Below are positions 29,252 through 39,929 of a DNA stretch of 64,000 nucleotides, one piece after another (position 1 is the first letter of the stretch; each line of letters begins with the position of its first letter). The translations under genes were made by a program, and so were the position numbers. Origin of the DNA: Alphaproteobacteria bacterium (lineage in GTDB: Bacteria > Pseudomonadota > Alphaproteobacteria > RF32 > CAG-239); NCBI GenBank assembly GCA_900769705.1, contig CAAGHP010000020.1, positions 94,974-158,973 of the forward strand, given 5' to 3'. The notes beneath the pieces were generated by a model, which was not told the origin of the DNA, did no database searches, and worked only from the letters and a program-made list of their open reading frames with translations.

Positions 29252-29662
29252 TTAGTAGCATAGAAACGCTACAATCGCACTGGCCAGCGAGATAATTCCA
29301 AAGAATATACTGGCTGTCTTTGTCCGATCAGAATGATTGGCGTTGACGCCAAATGACACCGCAATCAGCAGGCATAAAACCGTAAGAGATGAAAACATTG
29401 CGAAAAAGGTGTGACTCTTTTCCTCTTTTTTAGGCTCATCCGGTTTATCAATAACCTGAGGTTCGCTGATTTCCTCTTTTTTAACCAGTTGAATGGTTTC
29501 TGCGGAGGTTGCTGCGGCTGTCTGAGGCTGAGCTTCTAAAACAAATTCTTTAGCAACCGCTTTCGCTTCATTCTGCAAGAAGTATTTTTGTACCACAATC
29601 ACACAGCCGATACCAAAAACTACTCCCAAAATAAATACGATTAAAAAATAAAAATTCTTCAT
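29252..29662 (-). CDS. Hypothetical membrane protein (N- and C-terminal TM helices, acidic/Pro linker)
   Basis: ORF plus hydropathy read by eye. Confidence 0.4.
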   Translation of the reverse strand: MKNFYFLIVFILGVVFGIGCVIVVQKYFLQNEAKAVAKEFVLEAQPQTAAATSAETIQLVKKEEISEPQVIDKPDEPKKEEKSHTFFAMFSSLTVLCLLIAVSFGVNANHSDRTKTASIFFGIISLASAIVAFLCY

Positions 29663-29857
29663 AAGAATAAAAATTAGTTCAAAATAATTTTAAATGTAAA
29701 AATATTGTATCTGTTTTTTGTCAAAATGTCAACAAAAACAGACTTATTTTTGGATAAATCCGTAAAAATACCCAAATAAGATAACTTTTCATTTTTACTT
29801 TAGCTATTGATTAAAGCAAAAAAATAAATTATCTTGGCGACAAGAAAAGGAGGAGTT

Positions 29858-31660
29858 ATGTCAGATTTAAGTTTAATCCGCAATTTTGCCATTATTGCCC
29901 ATATTGACCATGGCAAATCCACTATTGCCGACCGTCTGATTGAATATTGTGGCGGTTTGCAGCACCGTGAGATGACGGAGCAGGTTTTGGATTCTATGGA
30001 TATTGAAAAAGAGCGTGGCATTACTATTAAGGCGCAGACTGTACGTTTGAACTATCATGCAAAAGACGGAAAAACTTATCAGCTTAATTTGATTGACACT
30101 CCGGGGCACGTTGACTTTACATACGAAGTTTCCCGTTCGCTGGCTTCATGTGAAGGTTCGGTTTTAGTGGTAGATGCCACACAAGGGGTAGAAGCCCAGA
30201 CATTGGCAAATGTTTATCTGGCGCTGGATAATAATCATGAAATTGTTGTGGCTCTTAACAAAATAGATTTGCCGTCAGCTGAGCCGGAAAAAGTAAAGCA
30301 GCAAATAGAAGATGTGATTGGATTAGATGCTTCCGACGCGGTGGAAGTTTCAGGTAAAACTGGTTTTGGCATTGATAATTTGCTGGAAGAAATTGTACAT
30401 AAGCTTCCCGCTCCGACAGGCGATGAAAATGCGCCGCTTAAAGCTTTACTGATTGACAGTTGGTATGATTCTTATTTGGGTGTGATTATTTTGGTGCGGG
30501 TTAAAGACGGTGTGCTGCGTAAAAAGCAAAACATCCGCATGATGTCGCACGGTACAGATTATGTGATTGATAAAATTGGTGTTTTTACCCCAAAAATGAA
30601 AGATGTTGATGCTATTTATCCGGGGGAAGTCGGTTTTATTACCGCCAGCATTAAAAGTGTTGAAGACTGTAAAGTCGGCGATACAATTACAGATAATAAA
30701 ATGCCGTGTGCAGAGCCTCTTGCCGGCTTTAAGCCATCGGTTTCGGTAGTGTTCTGTTCTATTTTCCCTGTGGACAGCAGCCAATACGGAGCCTTGAAAG
30801 ACGCGTTGGCAAAGCTGAAATTAAATGACGCCAGCATTAACTATCAGCCGGAAAATTCCACCGCTTTGGGATTGGGATTTCGCTGCGGATTTTTAGGTTT
30901 GCTGCATATGGATATTATCCAGGAGAGAATCGGTAGGGAATTTGATTTAGATATTATTACAACAGCTCCGTCTGTGGCGTATAAAATATATTTGACCAAT
31001 GGCACGCAGATTATGTTGCACAATCCTGCCGATATGCCTGATGTATCAACAATTAAAATGATTGAAGAGCCGATGGTGCTAGCCACAATTATGGTGCCGG
31101 ATACTTATTTAGGTTCTGTTTTGAAACTTTGCACCGAACGCCGCGGCGAACAGGAAGATTTAACATACGTCGGAAACCGCGCTATGGTAGTCTATAAAAT
31201 TCCGCTCAGTGAGATTGTTTTTGATTTTTATGACCGCTTAAAGTCTATTACCAGCGGTTATGCCAGCTTTAATTATGAATTAGTCGGTTATGCGCCGTCT
31301 GATTTAGTAAAAGTACAGATTTTGATTAACGAAGAGCCTGTTGACGCTTTGTCTTTTTTGTGCCACCGTTCTGAAGCTGAAGCCCGCGGGCGCCAGATTT
31401 GCGGACGCTTGAAAGATTTGATACCGAAGCATTTGTTTAAGATTCCGCTGCAGGCCGCTATTGGCGGACGAATTGTGGCGCGCGAAACAATTTCGGCTTT
31501 GCGTAAAGACGTGACGGCTAAATGTTACGGTGGCGATATTACTCGTAAGCGCAAATTGCTGGATAATCAAAAGAAAGGCAAGCAGCGTATGCGTCAGTTT
31601 GGTAAAGTTGAAGTACCTCAGTCAGCTTTTATTGAAGCCTTGCGAATCGGCGATAATTAA
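29858..31660 (+). CDS. lepA: Translation elongation factor 4 (LepA)
   Basis: [21 protein letters not shown] ... DTPGHVDF, and the LepA-specific C-terminal domain. Start placed at MSDLSL, 7 nt after an AGGAGG SD. Confidence 0.95.
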   Translation: MSDLSLIRNFAIIAHIDHGKSTIADRLIEYCGGLQHREMTEQVLDSMDIEKERGITIKAQTVRLNYHAKDGKTYQLNLIDTPGHVDFTYEVSRSLASCEGSVLVVDATQGVEAQTLANVYLALDNNHEIVVALNKIDLPSAEPEKVKQQIEDVIGLDASDAVEVSGKTGFGIDNLLEEIVHKLPAPTGDENAPLKALLIDSWYDSYLGVIILVRVKDGVLRKKQNIRMMSHGTDYVIDKIGVFTPKMKDVDAIYPGEVGFITASIKSVEDCKVGDTITDNKMPCAEPLAGFKPSVSVVFCSIFPVDSSQYGALKDALAKLKLNDASINYQPENSTALGLGFRCGFLGLLHMDIIQERIGREFDLDIITTAPSVAYKIYLTNGTQIMLHNPADMPDVSTIKMIEEPMVLATIMVPDTYLGSVLKLCTERRGEQEDLTYVGNRAMVVYKIPLSEIVFDFYDRLKSITSGYASFNYELVGYAPSDLVKVQILINEEPVDALSFLCHRSEAEARGRQICGRLKDLIPKHLFKIPLQAAIGGRIVARETISALRKDVTAKCYGGDITRKRKLLDNQKKGKQRMRQFGKVEVPQSAFIEALRIGDN

Positions 31661-31661
31661 A

Positions 31662-32321
31662 CTATTTGACCGAAAAAGATATTTTATGCTCTTGATTTTT
31701 GAAATCTGCCAACATTTTTTGTAAGCGCGGATTAAATCCGGTTTTTCCTTCAGCAATGGCTTGCAAATCTGCATCATATTCTTCAAAGCTTTGTGTATAC
31801 GCATTTTGCTCCGGAGTATTTGTTTTTGTTTTTTCATTGATTATCGGTGTGTTTTGGGCAATCATAGGCGGCGTCTGCATAGTTTCAAACTGGTTCTTTT
31901 TTATTTTTGTGGAACTTTTTTCTGGCAACAAAGGTGTTATCGGTAAATTTTCTGTTGTTTCAGTAGCTTTTAGCGGATTCGGTGCTATATTTTCTGCTGA
32001 ATTAACATTTTCAGCTTTTGCAGGATTTTCAACTGCAGTTTGTATTTGCGGAGCTGAATTTTTTTTAGATTCTGCCTGCTTTATCGGCTTTTTAGGTGTT
32101 TGAGTTTTTAAATTGTTTTTAGAAATCTGCGGAGCTTTGTTTTGTGCCGGTTTTTGCCGTATTGTCTGCCGCGGCAGAGCAATAGGTTTATTAACGGTAT
32201 CCCGCATAGCTCCGGCCGGCATAAAAAAATTAGGCTGTTTCTGATGTCTTTGATAAGCCGCATGCACGGTGGCAATACCGGTTAGAAAACACAAAATAAA
32301 AATTGTTATCAATTTTTTCAT
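31662..32321 (-). CDS. Hypothetical secreted protein, Pro/Lys/Gln/Thr-rich low-complexity
   Basis: Signal peptide MKKLITIFILCFLTGIATVHA. The remainder is compositionally biased. Confidence 0.45.
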   Translation of the reverse strand: MKKLITIFILCFLTGIATVHAAYQRHQKQPNFFMPAGAMRDTVNKPIALPRQTIRQKPAQNKAPQISKNNLKTQTPKKPIKQAESKKNSAPQIQTAVENPAKAENVNSAENIAPNPLKATETTENLPITPLLPEKSSTKIKKNQFETMQTPPMIAQNTPIINEKTKTNTPEQNAYTQSFEEYDADLQAIAEGKTGFNPRLQKMLADFKNQEHKISFSVK

Positions 32322-32404
32322 TTTAACTCCTGCTTTCTAATTTATATTAAAAACATTTTTTTTGTATTAACGCGGGTTTAATAATTTTTTGCTATTTTAT
32401 AATT

Positions 32405-33094
32405 ATGAAGAGAATATGGCAAAAATTTTTTATTATTCTGATAGCAGTGAGTTTTGTGCCGGTTTGCGCTGACGCTGCTTCTCGTTATTATTGGAAACGC
32501 CGCTGTTTGGAATATATGAACGCAAATCCGGCCGAGATAGAAATATCTTATAATTTTGGGCAGCTGCAATATAACAACACTCTTTCGTCAAAAGATATTC
32601 AAAAAAAAGTTACGCCGAATGATTCTGTTCAAGCCGGAACCAAATATATGGGGCTTACATTGATGAATCATTATAATAAGGTATATGTTATGTCTTCCGT
32701 ACCTCAGGAATTGGGAGACGGCTACTATTGCACTTATCCGATACGCGTGCAGGTAATAACCGGATATGCCGAGCCTACTGTCTATTTGGCTAATTCAATG
32801 AAAAAAAATAGCTGCTTATACCGCAAAACTTTGCGGCATGAGTATCAACATGTTGATAATGCTCATATATATTTAAATTTATATGTACAAGCTTTAGAAA
32901 AGAAAATTCCCAAGATGATAAAAGATATCGGTCCGCTTTTAAGCACCGAAGAAAATCCAGAACAAAATTTGTTTTCTTTATATAAAAAACAAATAGATAC
33001 GGTTTACGAACATTATTTTAATGAGTATCGCGAAAAAAATCAAAAGATGGATACTCTCCAAAATTATGAAAAAGAAAGCCTTTTATGCCACTGA
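32405..33094 (+). CDS. Hypothetical secreted protein with an HExxH motif (HEYQH). Possibly a DUF922-like Zn-peptidase fold.
   Basis: Signal peptide MKRIWQKFFIILIAVSFVPVCADA. TLRHEYQHVDNAHIY. Confidence 0.4.
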   Translation: MKRIWQKFFIILIAVSFVPVCADAASRYYWKRRCLEYMNANPAEIEISYNFGQLQYNNTLSSKDIQKKVTPNDSVQAGTKYMGLTLMNHYNKVYVMSSVPQELGDGYYCTYPIRVQVITGYAEPTVYLANSMKKNSCLYRKTLRHEYQHVDNAHIYLNLYVQALEKKIPKMIKDIGPLLSTEENPEQNLFSLYKKQIDTVYEHYFNEYREKNQKMDTLQNYEKESLLCH

Positions 33095-33096
33095 TT

Positions 33097-33771
33097 TTAT
33101 TCAGCGCTGCAAAAGTTCTTTTCTAAATAATCCAGACATTCGTTTATATTATCAACGGCAATGTCAATATATTCACTGCATTTATCGTTTGGTTTACCAT
33201 GGCACAGGCGCATTGTTGACATACCGGCTTTTTTAGCAAATTCCAAATTAGAATAGCTGTCGTCAATAAACAGACAATCTTCAGGTTTATAGCCGATTGC
33301 GGCGCAGAATTTCAAATATACATCCGAGCTTTCATTTTTTTTGTAGCAATCAAATTCTTCTACAGAATAAAATTTGGCGGCAAAAAAGTCATATAAGCCA
33401 ATGTGCTTCAAAATAGCCTCGCAAGCATCATGCGAGCTGGTTGAAAGAATAAATTGAGGACACGGCAGTTTTTCAATATGCTGCAAAAGCCCTTCATAAG
33501 GAACAATCGGATGCAAATTCATTTCTTTGCGTTTGTGGTAAGCCTCAAACATATCTTTGGGAGAAATACCAAATTTCTGCACAAAAATTTCTCCACCGTC
33601 ACGATAAGTGCGGTAAGATTCGGTTACCATTGCTTTAGCTGTTTGAAAATCTAACGGCAATTTTAAATCTTCTATTGCGGCTTTTGCGGTAATTTCATCC
33701 AGCAAATCGTGAAATTCCGGTGTTTCGCGGTATAATGTGTTGTCTAAATCCCAAACAATTACTTTTTGCAT
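33097..33771 (-). CDS. HAD-superfamily hydrolase, pyrimidine 5'-nucleotidase-like (subfamily IA)
   Basis: Motif I VWDLDNTLY. Later HAD motifs are present. Confidence 0.65.
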   Translation of the reverse strand: MQKVIVWDLDNTLYRETPEFHDLLDEITAKAAIEDLKLPLDFQTAKAMVTESYRTYRDGGEIFVQKFGISPKDMFEAYHKRKEMNLHPIVPYEGLLQHIEKLPCPQFILSTSSHDACEAILKHIGLYDFFAAKFYSVEEFDCYKKNESSDVYLKFCAAIGYKPEDCLFIDDSYSNLEFAKKAGMSTMRLCHGKPNDKCSEYIDIAVDNINECLDYLEKNFCSAE

Positions 33772-33890
33772 TTTTTATTCCTCATAATTTTACTCATAGA
33801 AAATAACACAATTTGCAACGAGGTCAAGCTGAAATCTTAAAACTTTAAACCAAAAAATTTGCACATATATAATAAAGTAAGGAGACAAAA

Positions 33891-34172
33891 ATGAATAAAA
33901 GAAAGTTAGCGCTCATAAGTATTTGGACGACTGTTTCAGTTTTCAGCTACAATGATTTTTCTCCGGCCGAAAGCCAGACGCATAAAAATAATCCGTATCA
34001 ATTTGAAGCTGATTCCGGCAGTTTGGGAGCAGAAGTTGCACCTTTATATATAAATGCAAAAGATGAAGATGTGCCCTATTCATCTTCATCTCCGCAAAAC
34101 AAAGAACAAAATTATGAAAAATCTATTTTGCCGCCAATTCAGCCAATTTTTTATCAATCAACGGAACAATAA
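33891..34172 (+). CDS. Hypothetical small secreted protein
   Basis: ORF with a signal-like N-terminus. Overlaps the 3' end of cmk on the opposite strand. Confidence 0.3.
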   Translation: MNKRKLALISIWTTVSVFSYNDFSPAESQTHKNNPYQFEADSGSLGAEVAPLYINAKDEDVPYSSSSPQNKEQNYEKSILPPIQPIFYQSTEQ

Positions 34173-34797
34173 CATTAAGCGAATCTTTCAGTTGAAAATT
34201 TGATGTGTCAACAATAATTGCATCAGGAGCCGGTTTCAGAGGCGCGGTGCTGCGGTTTAAATCGCGGTCGTCGCGGGCTTTCATATCGGCATAAACCTGT
34301 TCAAACGTAATATTATGTCCGGCGGCATTCAAATCGGCGCAGCGGCGTTTAGCGCGGATGGCTAAATCGGCGATAACATAAAATTTTAAGTCTGCTTGCG
34401 GACAAATTACCGTGCCGGTGTCGCGTCCGTCATAAATAGCTCCTTCAGCCGGTGTTCCGTCAGCAAAAACCGGATTAAGCGCAAAATTTTTCTGCATATC
34501 CAAAAGAGCCGACCGTACACTTGGATAGGCTGAAATAACCGATGCGGCCTTGCTTCCGACATCAGAGCGGAAATCTTTGTTTTCGGCCAATTTCATCATT
34601 TGCGGAAAACTCATGGATTCGGCAATGGACGCCGCTTTTGTTTCATCGCTCAAGTCATAGCCGTTTAAAACCATTTGCAGCCCGACAGCACGGTATACCA
34701 TGCCTGTATCAAAATATGCCATTTTATATTTTTTGGCCAAAGCGGCCGCAATTGTTCCTTTGCCTGAACCGGCAGGACCGTCTATGGTAATAATCAT
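34123..34797 (-). CDS. cmk: Cytidylate kinase
   Basis: IITIDGPAGSGKGT P-loop. About 224 aa. Confidence 0.9.
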   Translation of the reverse strand: MIITIDGPAGSGKGTIAAALAKKYKMAYFDTGMVYRAVGLQMVLNGYDLSDETKAASIAESMSFPQMMKLAENKDFRSDVGSKAASVISAYPSVRSALLDMQKNFALNPVFADGTPAEGAIYDGRDTGTVICPQADLKFYVIADLAIRAKRRCADLNAAGHNITFEQVYADMKARDDRDLNRSTAPLKPAPDAIIVDTSNFQLKDSLNVIVPLIDKKLAELAAK

Positions 34798-34895
34798 TTT
34801 TCCTCCGCTAAAAATTATATTATAGAATAATTAACATATATGCCGTATACTTACAAAATAAAAGTGTATTTAATACAATGTTTTTTTGGCGGTAA

Positions 34896-35612
34896 ATGTT
34901 AGTACGTTTGTATATAAAAGATAAATTGGAAAAAAAAGGGCAAATTATTTGTCTGGATGAAAAACAGTCGCATTATTTGGTAAATGTGCTGCGGTTGCGC
35001 GTCGGCGATGAATTTTTTGTGTTTGACGGCAGCAGTGGCGAATATAAAGCTGAAATTACAGACTTAAATAAACGAGCGGTTACAGCACTTTTGACTGAAA
35101 AAGTATGTGAAATGCAGAAATCACCGGATATTTGGCTGTTGTTTGCTCCGCTTAAAAAAGACAAGACGGATATCGTTGTTCAAAAAGCAACGGAATTGGG
35201 AGTCCGTAAAATAATACCGGTGCAAACCGCTTATACCAATGCTGAAAAAGTAAGAACCGAACGTTTTGAGTTGCAGGCAGCCGAGGCAGCTGAACAATGC
35301 CGTAGATTGGATATTCCGGATATTTCAGCCGCTTTATCTTTGGATAAGGCTTTAGAAAATTGGGATAATGAGCGGACGCTTTTCTTTTTGGACGAGCGAG
35401 GTCTGGGGAAAAAAGTTCGCGAAACAATGCTGAATTCTCCCAAAGCCGCGGTTTTAGTCGGGCCGGAAGGTGGTTTCAGCTTAGCCGAAGCCGAAAAGTT
35501 GCGTAAGCTGCCGTTTGTTAAAAGCATTTCTTTAGGTTCAAGAATTTTGCGGGCAGAAACCGCAGTGATTGCTGCTCTTTCCTGCTGGCAATCAATAAAT
35601 GGAGATTGGTGA
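34896..35612 (+). CDS. rsmE: 16S rRNA (uracil1498-N3)-methyltransferase RsmE
   Basis: N-terminal PUA-like fold (H.L.VLRL..GDEF.VFDG.G.EY.AEI), C-terminal SPOUT fold (LVGPEGGFS..E...L, SLG.RILRAETA). Confidence 0.8.
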   Translation: MLVRLYIKDKLEKKGQIICLDEKQSHYLVNVLRLRVGDEFFVFDGSSGEYKAEITDLNKRAVTALLTEKVCEMQKSPDIWLLFAPLKKDKTDIVVQKATELGVRKIIPVQTAYTNAEKVRTERFELQAAEAAEQCRRLDIPDISAALSLDKALENWDNERTLFFLDERGLGKKVRETMLNSPKAAVLVGPEGGFSLAEAEKLRKLPFVKSISLGSRILRAETAVIAALSCWQSINGDW

Positions 35613-36286
35613 GGATGAAATTTTTAATTGCAGATGACCATGAATTATTTTTACAAGGTTTGGAATTTATTTTGAAAAAACAATATCCGCAGACTGAGAT
35701 AGTTTTGACTAACAGTTATACCGGTATTTTTGAAATTTTGGAAAAGCAAAAGGATTTTGATTTAATAATAACTGATTTGGCAATGCCCGGGGCTAATTGG
35801 CTGGAAGCTATCGGCCGCATTCACTCGACTTGTCCGGAAGTGCCGATAATTATTATTTCTGCCGTCTTTGATCCGGAAATTTTGCAAAAAACTTTTGATA
35901 TTGGTGTATCCGGATATGTTTCAAAGGCTTTTCCTAACAATATTATAATGAGTGCAATAAATTTGGTTATAGCCGGAGGCATGTATATTCCGCCGGAGTT
36001 GTTGCAGCTTAATCTGCAAAACCGAACTTTGCCGATACGCGAACTGATTGCTGATTTGAATGACAATAAAAAGCCTGTAAAAGAAAATAATGTTCTGACT
36101 CCGCGCCAAACCGAAGTTGTGCAATGCTTGTCCGAAGGGCTTTCGAACAAACAAATTGCCTATAAGCTTGGTTTGAGTGAAGGAACTGTTAAAATTCATA
36201 TAACACTGCTAATGCGGGCTTTAGATGTCAGCAATCGTGTGCAGGCCGTGAATGAAGCTCGCCGCCGCGGCTTATTGAAAGAATAG
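35606..36286 (+). CDS. Two-component response regulator, NarL/FixJ (LuxR-type HTH) family
   Basis: Receiver domain (FLIADDH...D at the phospho-acceptor site) and a LuxR HTH: LTPRQTEVVQCLSEGLSNKQIAYKLGLSEGTVKIH. Confidence 0.8.
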   Translation: MVRMKFLIADDHELFLQGLEFILKKQYPQTEIVLTNSYTGIFEILEKQKDFDLIITDLAMPGANWLEAIGRIHSTCPEVPIIIISAVFDPEILQKTFDIGVSGYVSKAFPNNIIMSAINLVIAGGMYIPPELLQLNLQNRTLPIRELIADLNDNKKPVKENNVLTPRQTEVVQCLSEGLSNKQIAYKLGLSEGTVKIHITLLMRALDVSNRVQAVNEARRRGLLKE

Positions 36287-36301
36287 AACAGGACTGAAAA
36301 T

Positions 36302-37018
36302 ATGAGTGAATTAAACAGTTTGCCTCCGTATATGCGGATATTATATAACAAAATTTATGCTGAAAAGAACATTTCCGGTCTTTTAGATGATGAAAGAATT
36401 GTCAAGCTGTTTCATTTTGGTTTGAAGAAAAAAATTATGAAAGATTTGCTGCGGGATATTTCAAAAAATGCTCATGTTCTGCAAATAGGTCTGACTTTCG
36501 GCGATGAGATTGAATGTATATATCAAAAAATCCGCAAGCAGGGTAAGCTTGATATTTTTGACGTTTCGGAAAAGCAGATTTCACGCGCTAAAGAAAAATA
36601 TGCCCGCAAAAACATTGAGGTTATCAATTATAATGCTGCTTTGCCTTGGGATGAAAAATATGATGTGGTTATTTGCTATAATCTTTTGCATGAGCTGCCG
36701 CTCAAAACCCGCAGGCAGGTCATGGATAATGTTTTGGCTGGTTTGACTACCGGCGGCAAGGCGATTTTTATTGACTACGCAAAACCGCTGTGGTGGCAGA
36801 TTTTACGTTATCCGCTTTTTATTTTTAACCGTTTATATAAGCCTTTTGCTGAAAGTCTATGGCAGCAGCCTTTGGAAAGTTTCTGCTCCAAAAAAGATGA
36901 ATTTCGCTGGCAGCATACCTATTATGGCGGCAAGCTTTGGCAAAAAACTATTGCTGTGCCGAAAATTTTAAGTAATGAAGATGTCAAAAAGCTGACTAAG
37001 CTATTCAGAAACAAATAG
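36302..37018 (+). CDS. Class I SAM-dependent methyltransferase
   Basis: VLQIGLTFGDE (motif I-like) ... DVVICYNLLHELP. Confidence 0.55.
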   Translation: MSELNSLPPYMRILYNKIYAEKNISGLLDDERIVKLFHFGLKKKIMKDLLRDISKNAHVLQIGLTFGDEIECIYQKIRKQGKLDIFDVSEKQISRAKEKYARKNIEVINYNAALPWDEKYDVVICYNLLHELPLKTRRQVMDNVLAGLTTGGKAIFIDYAKPLWWQILRYPLFIFNRLYKPFAESLWQQPLESFCSKKDEFRWQHTYYGGKLWQKTIAVPKILSNEDVKKLTKLFRNK

Positions 37019-37029
37019 CCGAAATCTTT

Positions 37030-38316
37030 TTATTTGCTATTGCCTTTTTGCTGCTGTAAAAACAACTGCAAGTCAAAAGTTTTGTGCGGATGCTCTGAAT
37101 TATCAAGTTGCATTTGCATTTCAGCATCTTTTTTATGGTCTTTAATCGCGTCAGGCTTTTGAGTTAAGTCCGGAGTAGTTATTTTGCGGACAACTTCTGC
37201 AACATGTTGCTTATCTTTATCAACTTCATTCAAAAAGCTTTTATACATACCATCTGCACCGTCTATGCCGGCCAAGGCAAGCTGACGGGCTGCTTCTACA
37301 GTTATATAGTCGCATTCATTCACTTTTTTTGCTTTATTCAATACTTTTGACTCTTTCAGTACCTCTTCGGAGTTACAGCCGCGGGCGATAGATGAAGAGA
37401 GGTAAAGGCCTGTTTCGCCCAAAGGCAGGCAAGAGGCATCTCTGCAACCTTTTCTTGCAGCCGATTTTCTTGCATTTTTTGCCATTTTATTGGTTGTTCC
37501 GCTATATAGAGGGTACATTGCTACAGCAAATTCTCTTTCTGCATTCATAACTTCATTATAATGATTTTTAGAAAATGCTTTAAAATTATTTACAAAGTTA
37601 GTAGAAAATTTTGTTGGTGCGCCAATTCCGGAAACGGTTATTTTTCCTAAATCTTTCAAGGCTTTCTGGCGCTGTAGTTCTGCTGCTTTGCCGGTTTTAA
37701 GATTGCCGTTTTCATCATATAAAGCTTCTTGCACTTTGACCATTAACGCTTTGTTTTGCGGAGTGTTAGGTATATACTTAGCTGCAAAATCATGCAAATC
37801 TTTATCTTTAGAACAATACATATAAGCAACCAAATCACGCCCAAGCGGAGATGGAAAACTTTGGAAAATAAATAAACGCTTGTTGCCCGGGCTTGCATTT
37901 ACCACGTCTCCGTTATTGTTGCCTTCACGACATTGCATTACGGTAGTCAAGTCATGGCATTCTATTTGTTCTCTGTTGGCTCGTTTAATATTAACAGTTC
38001 CGTTTTTCTTCCAATCTTCAACCGACATTACATATTCTACTTTTTTAGGAAACAGTCCCGGCGGCAGTTCCTCTATTTTGCTGAACTTAGAGGTTTTTCC
38101 TGTCGGCTCTTTATAATCATATTTATCGGCTAAATCAGCATCGGTTATATGAATTTCTTTGTCTGGAGTTTGTATAACTTCGGTTTTCTGCTTTTGATTG
38201 TCGTCATCATTGTTGCTTTTTTGTGCCGGAGTGCCCATGGCATTTCCGGAAACAACAAGCCCCATTGTCATTAACTTTAATCTGTTTAGCATTGTTTCTT
38301 TTTTTGGACTAGCCAT
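37030..38316 (-). CDS. Hypothetical secreted protein (428 aa), no recognisable family
   Basis: Signal peptide at the internal Met (MLNRLKLMTMGLVVSGNAMG). Eight or more Cys residues. Charged C-terminal tail. Confidence 0.5.
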   Translation of the reverse strand: MASPKKETMLNRLKLMTMGLVVSGNAMGTPAQKSNNDDDNQKQKTEVIQTPDKEIHITDADLADKYDYKEPTGKTSKFSKIEELPPGLFPKKVEYVMSVEDWKKNGTVNIKRANREQIECHDLTTVMQCREGNNNGDVVNASPGNKRLFIFQSFPSPLGRDLVAYMYCSKDKDLHDFAAKYIPNTPQNKALMVKVQEALYDENGNLKTGKAAELQRQKALKDLGKITVSGIGAPTKFSTNFVNNFKAFSKNHYNEVMNAEREFAVAMYPLYSGTTNKMAKNARKSAARKGCRDASCLPLGETGLYLSSSIARGCNSEEVLKESKVLNKAKKVNECDYITVEAARQLALAGIDGADGMYKSFLNEVDKDKQHVAEVVRKITTPDLTQKPDAIKDHKKDAEMQMQLDNSEHPHKTFDLQLFLQQQKGNSK

Positions 38317-38455
38317 AATCTTTTCTCCACATTTATCTAATATCTGTCTGATTGTAGCATATTTATAACTTAAATTCCAGTTTTTTATTGAAAAAAAAAT
38401 CAGCCGCGTTTATAGTCGGTAATAGTTTAGAATTTATTGAATTGGGATATATAAA

Positions 38456-39928
38456 ATGGCAAATGAAACTAATATTCACAGAGAATCCAGATTGGCAAAA
38501 TTGAGAACTTTGCAGGAAAAAGGTTATAATCCTTATCCTTATAAATTTGTTCCGACTATTTGTGCCGCAGAATTACAGGAAAAATATAAAGACTTGGAAG
38601 CAGGTACGGATACCGAAGACCGTGTTACCGTAGCCGGCCGCGCTATGGCTGTGCGCAACAGCGGCATGTTTGTGGATATTAAAGATAAAAGCGGTAAAGT
38701 TCAGGCTTTTTGCTATAAAAAGATTTTACCGGAAAGCGATATGGAATTGTTAAAATGCTTGGATGTGGGCGACATGGTCGGTGTCAGCGGCTTTGTGCGC
38801 CGCACCCCGCGCGGAGAATTAACAATAGCTGCCGAAAAATTTGATATTATTGCCAAATCATTACAGCCGCTACCGGAAAAATTTCACGGTTTAACCGATG
38901 TTGATGCACGTTATCGCCAGCGTTATGTAGATTTTATAATGAATGATGACAGCAAAGAAATCTTCAAAAAGCGCTGCCGCATTACCTCTGCTGTCCGTCG
39001 CTTTTTTGAACAACATGAGTTTTTGGAAGTAGAAACTCCGATGCTGCATCCGATTATGGGCGGCGCTAACGCAAAGCCTTTTATCACACATCATAACGCT
39101 TTGGATATGGATTTATATCTGCGCATTGCTCCGGAACTTTATTTGAAAAAGCTTGTTGTCGGTGGCTTTGATCGCGTGTTTGAAATAGGTCGTAACTTCA
39201 GAAATGAAGGTATAGATAAAAACCATAATCCGGAATTTACTGGACTGGAAGCTTATCAGGCTTATGCCGACTATAACGATATGGCTGATTTAATTCAAGA
39301 TTTGCTGCGTTTTGTGGCTCAGGAAGTTTTGGGGACGCAAATCCTGACTATCGGCGATAAAGAAGTTGATTTGGCAAAACCGTTTGTCCGCAAATCTATT
39401 GTTGACCTTATCAAAGACAAAACCGGTATTGATTTGCTGCAGGCCGAAACTTTGGCGCAAGCTAAAGAAATGGCTGCATCAATTGGTGTTGATGCCGGCG
39501 CTTGCAGTTGCTGGGGCAAGGTGGTTCAAGAAGTGTTTGATGAGAAAGTTGAAGCATCTTTGATTGAGCCAACATTCGTTATGGATATGCCGAGAGATAT
39601 TTCTCCTTTGGCAAAAACTCACCGTTCAAATCCGCGCTTGGTAGAACATTTTGACGCTTATCTAGGCGGTATGGAAATCGGCTGCGCTTATTCTGAACTT
39701 TCTAATCCGCTGGAACAGCGAGAGCGTTTTGAGGCCGAAGTTGCCGCTCGCGAAAACGGCGATGACGAAGCTCAGATGCTGGATGAAGACTTTATTAACG
39801 CTTTGGAAAACGGTTTTCCTCCGTCCGGCGGCATGGGCATGGGTATTGATCGCTTGGCTATTTTATTTACCGGAGCCGAAACCATTCGTGATGTAATTGC
39901 TTTTCCGACTTTGAGAAAGAAAGATTAA
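38456..39928 (+). CDS. lysS: Lysine–tRNA ligase (class II)
   Basis: OB anticodon-binding domain. Class II motifs: [20 protein letters not shown], and the GMGIDRL motif 3. Confidence 0.95.
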   Translation: MANETNIHRESRLAKLRTLQEKGYNPYPYKFVPTICAAELQEKYKDLEAGTDTEDRVTVAGRAMAVRNSGMFVDIKDKSGKVQAFCYKKILPESDMELLKCLDVGDMVGVSGFVRRTPRGELTIAAEKFDIIAKSLQPLPEKFHGLTDVDARYRQRYVDFIMNDDSKEIFKKRCRITSAVRRFFEQHEFLEVETPMLHPIMGGANAKPFITHHNALDMDLYLRIAPELYLKKLVVGGFDRVFEIGRNFRNEGIDKNHNPEFTGLEAYQAYADYNDMADLIQDLLRFVAQEVLGTQILTIGDKEVDLAKPFVRKSIVDLIKDKTGIDLLQAETLAQAKEMAASIGVDAGACSCWGKVVQEVFDEKVEASLIEPTFVMDMPRDISPLAKTHRSNPRLVEHFDAYLGGMEIGCAYSELSNPLEQRERFEAEVAARENGDDEAQMLDEDFINALENGFPPSGGMGMGIDRLAILFTGAETIRDVIAFPTLRKKD

Positions 39929-39929
39929 A

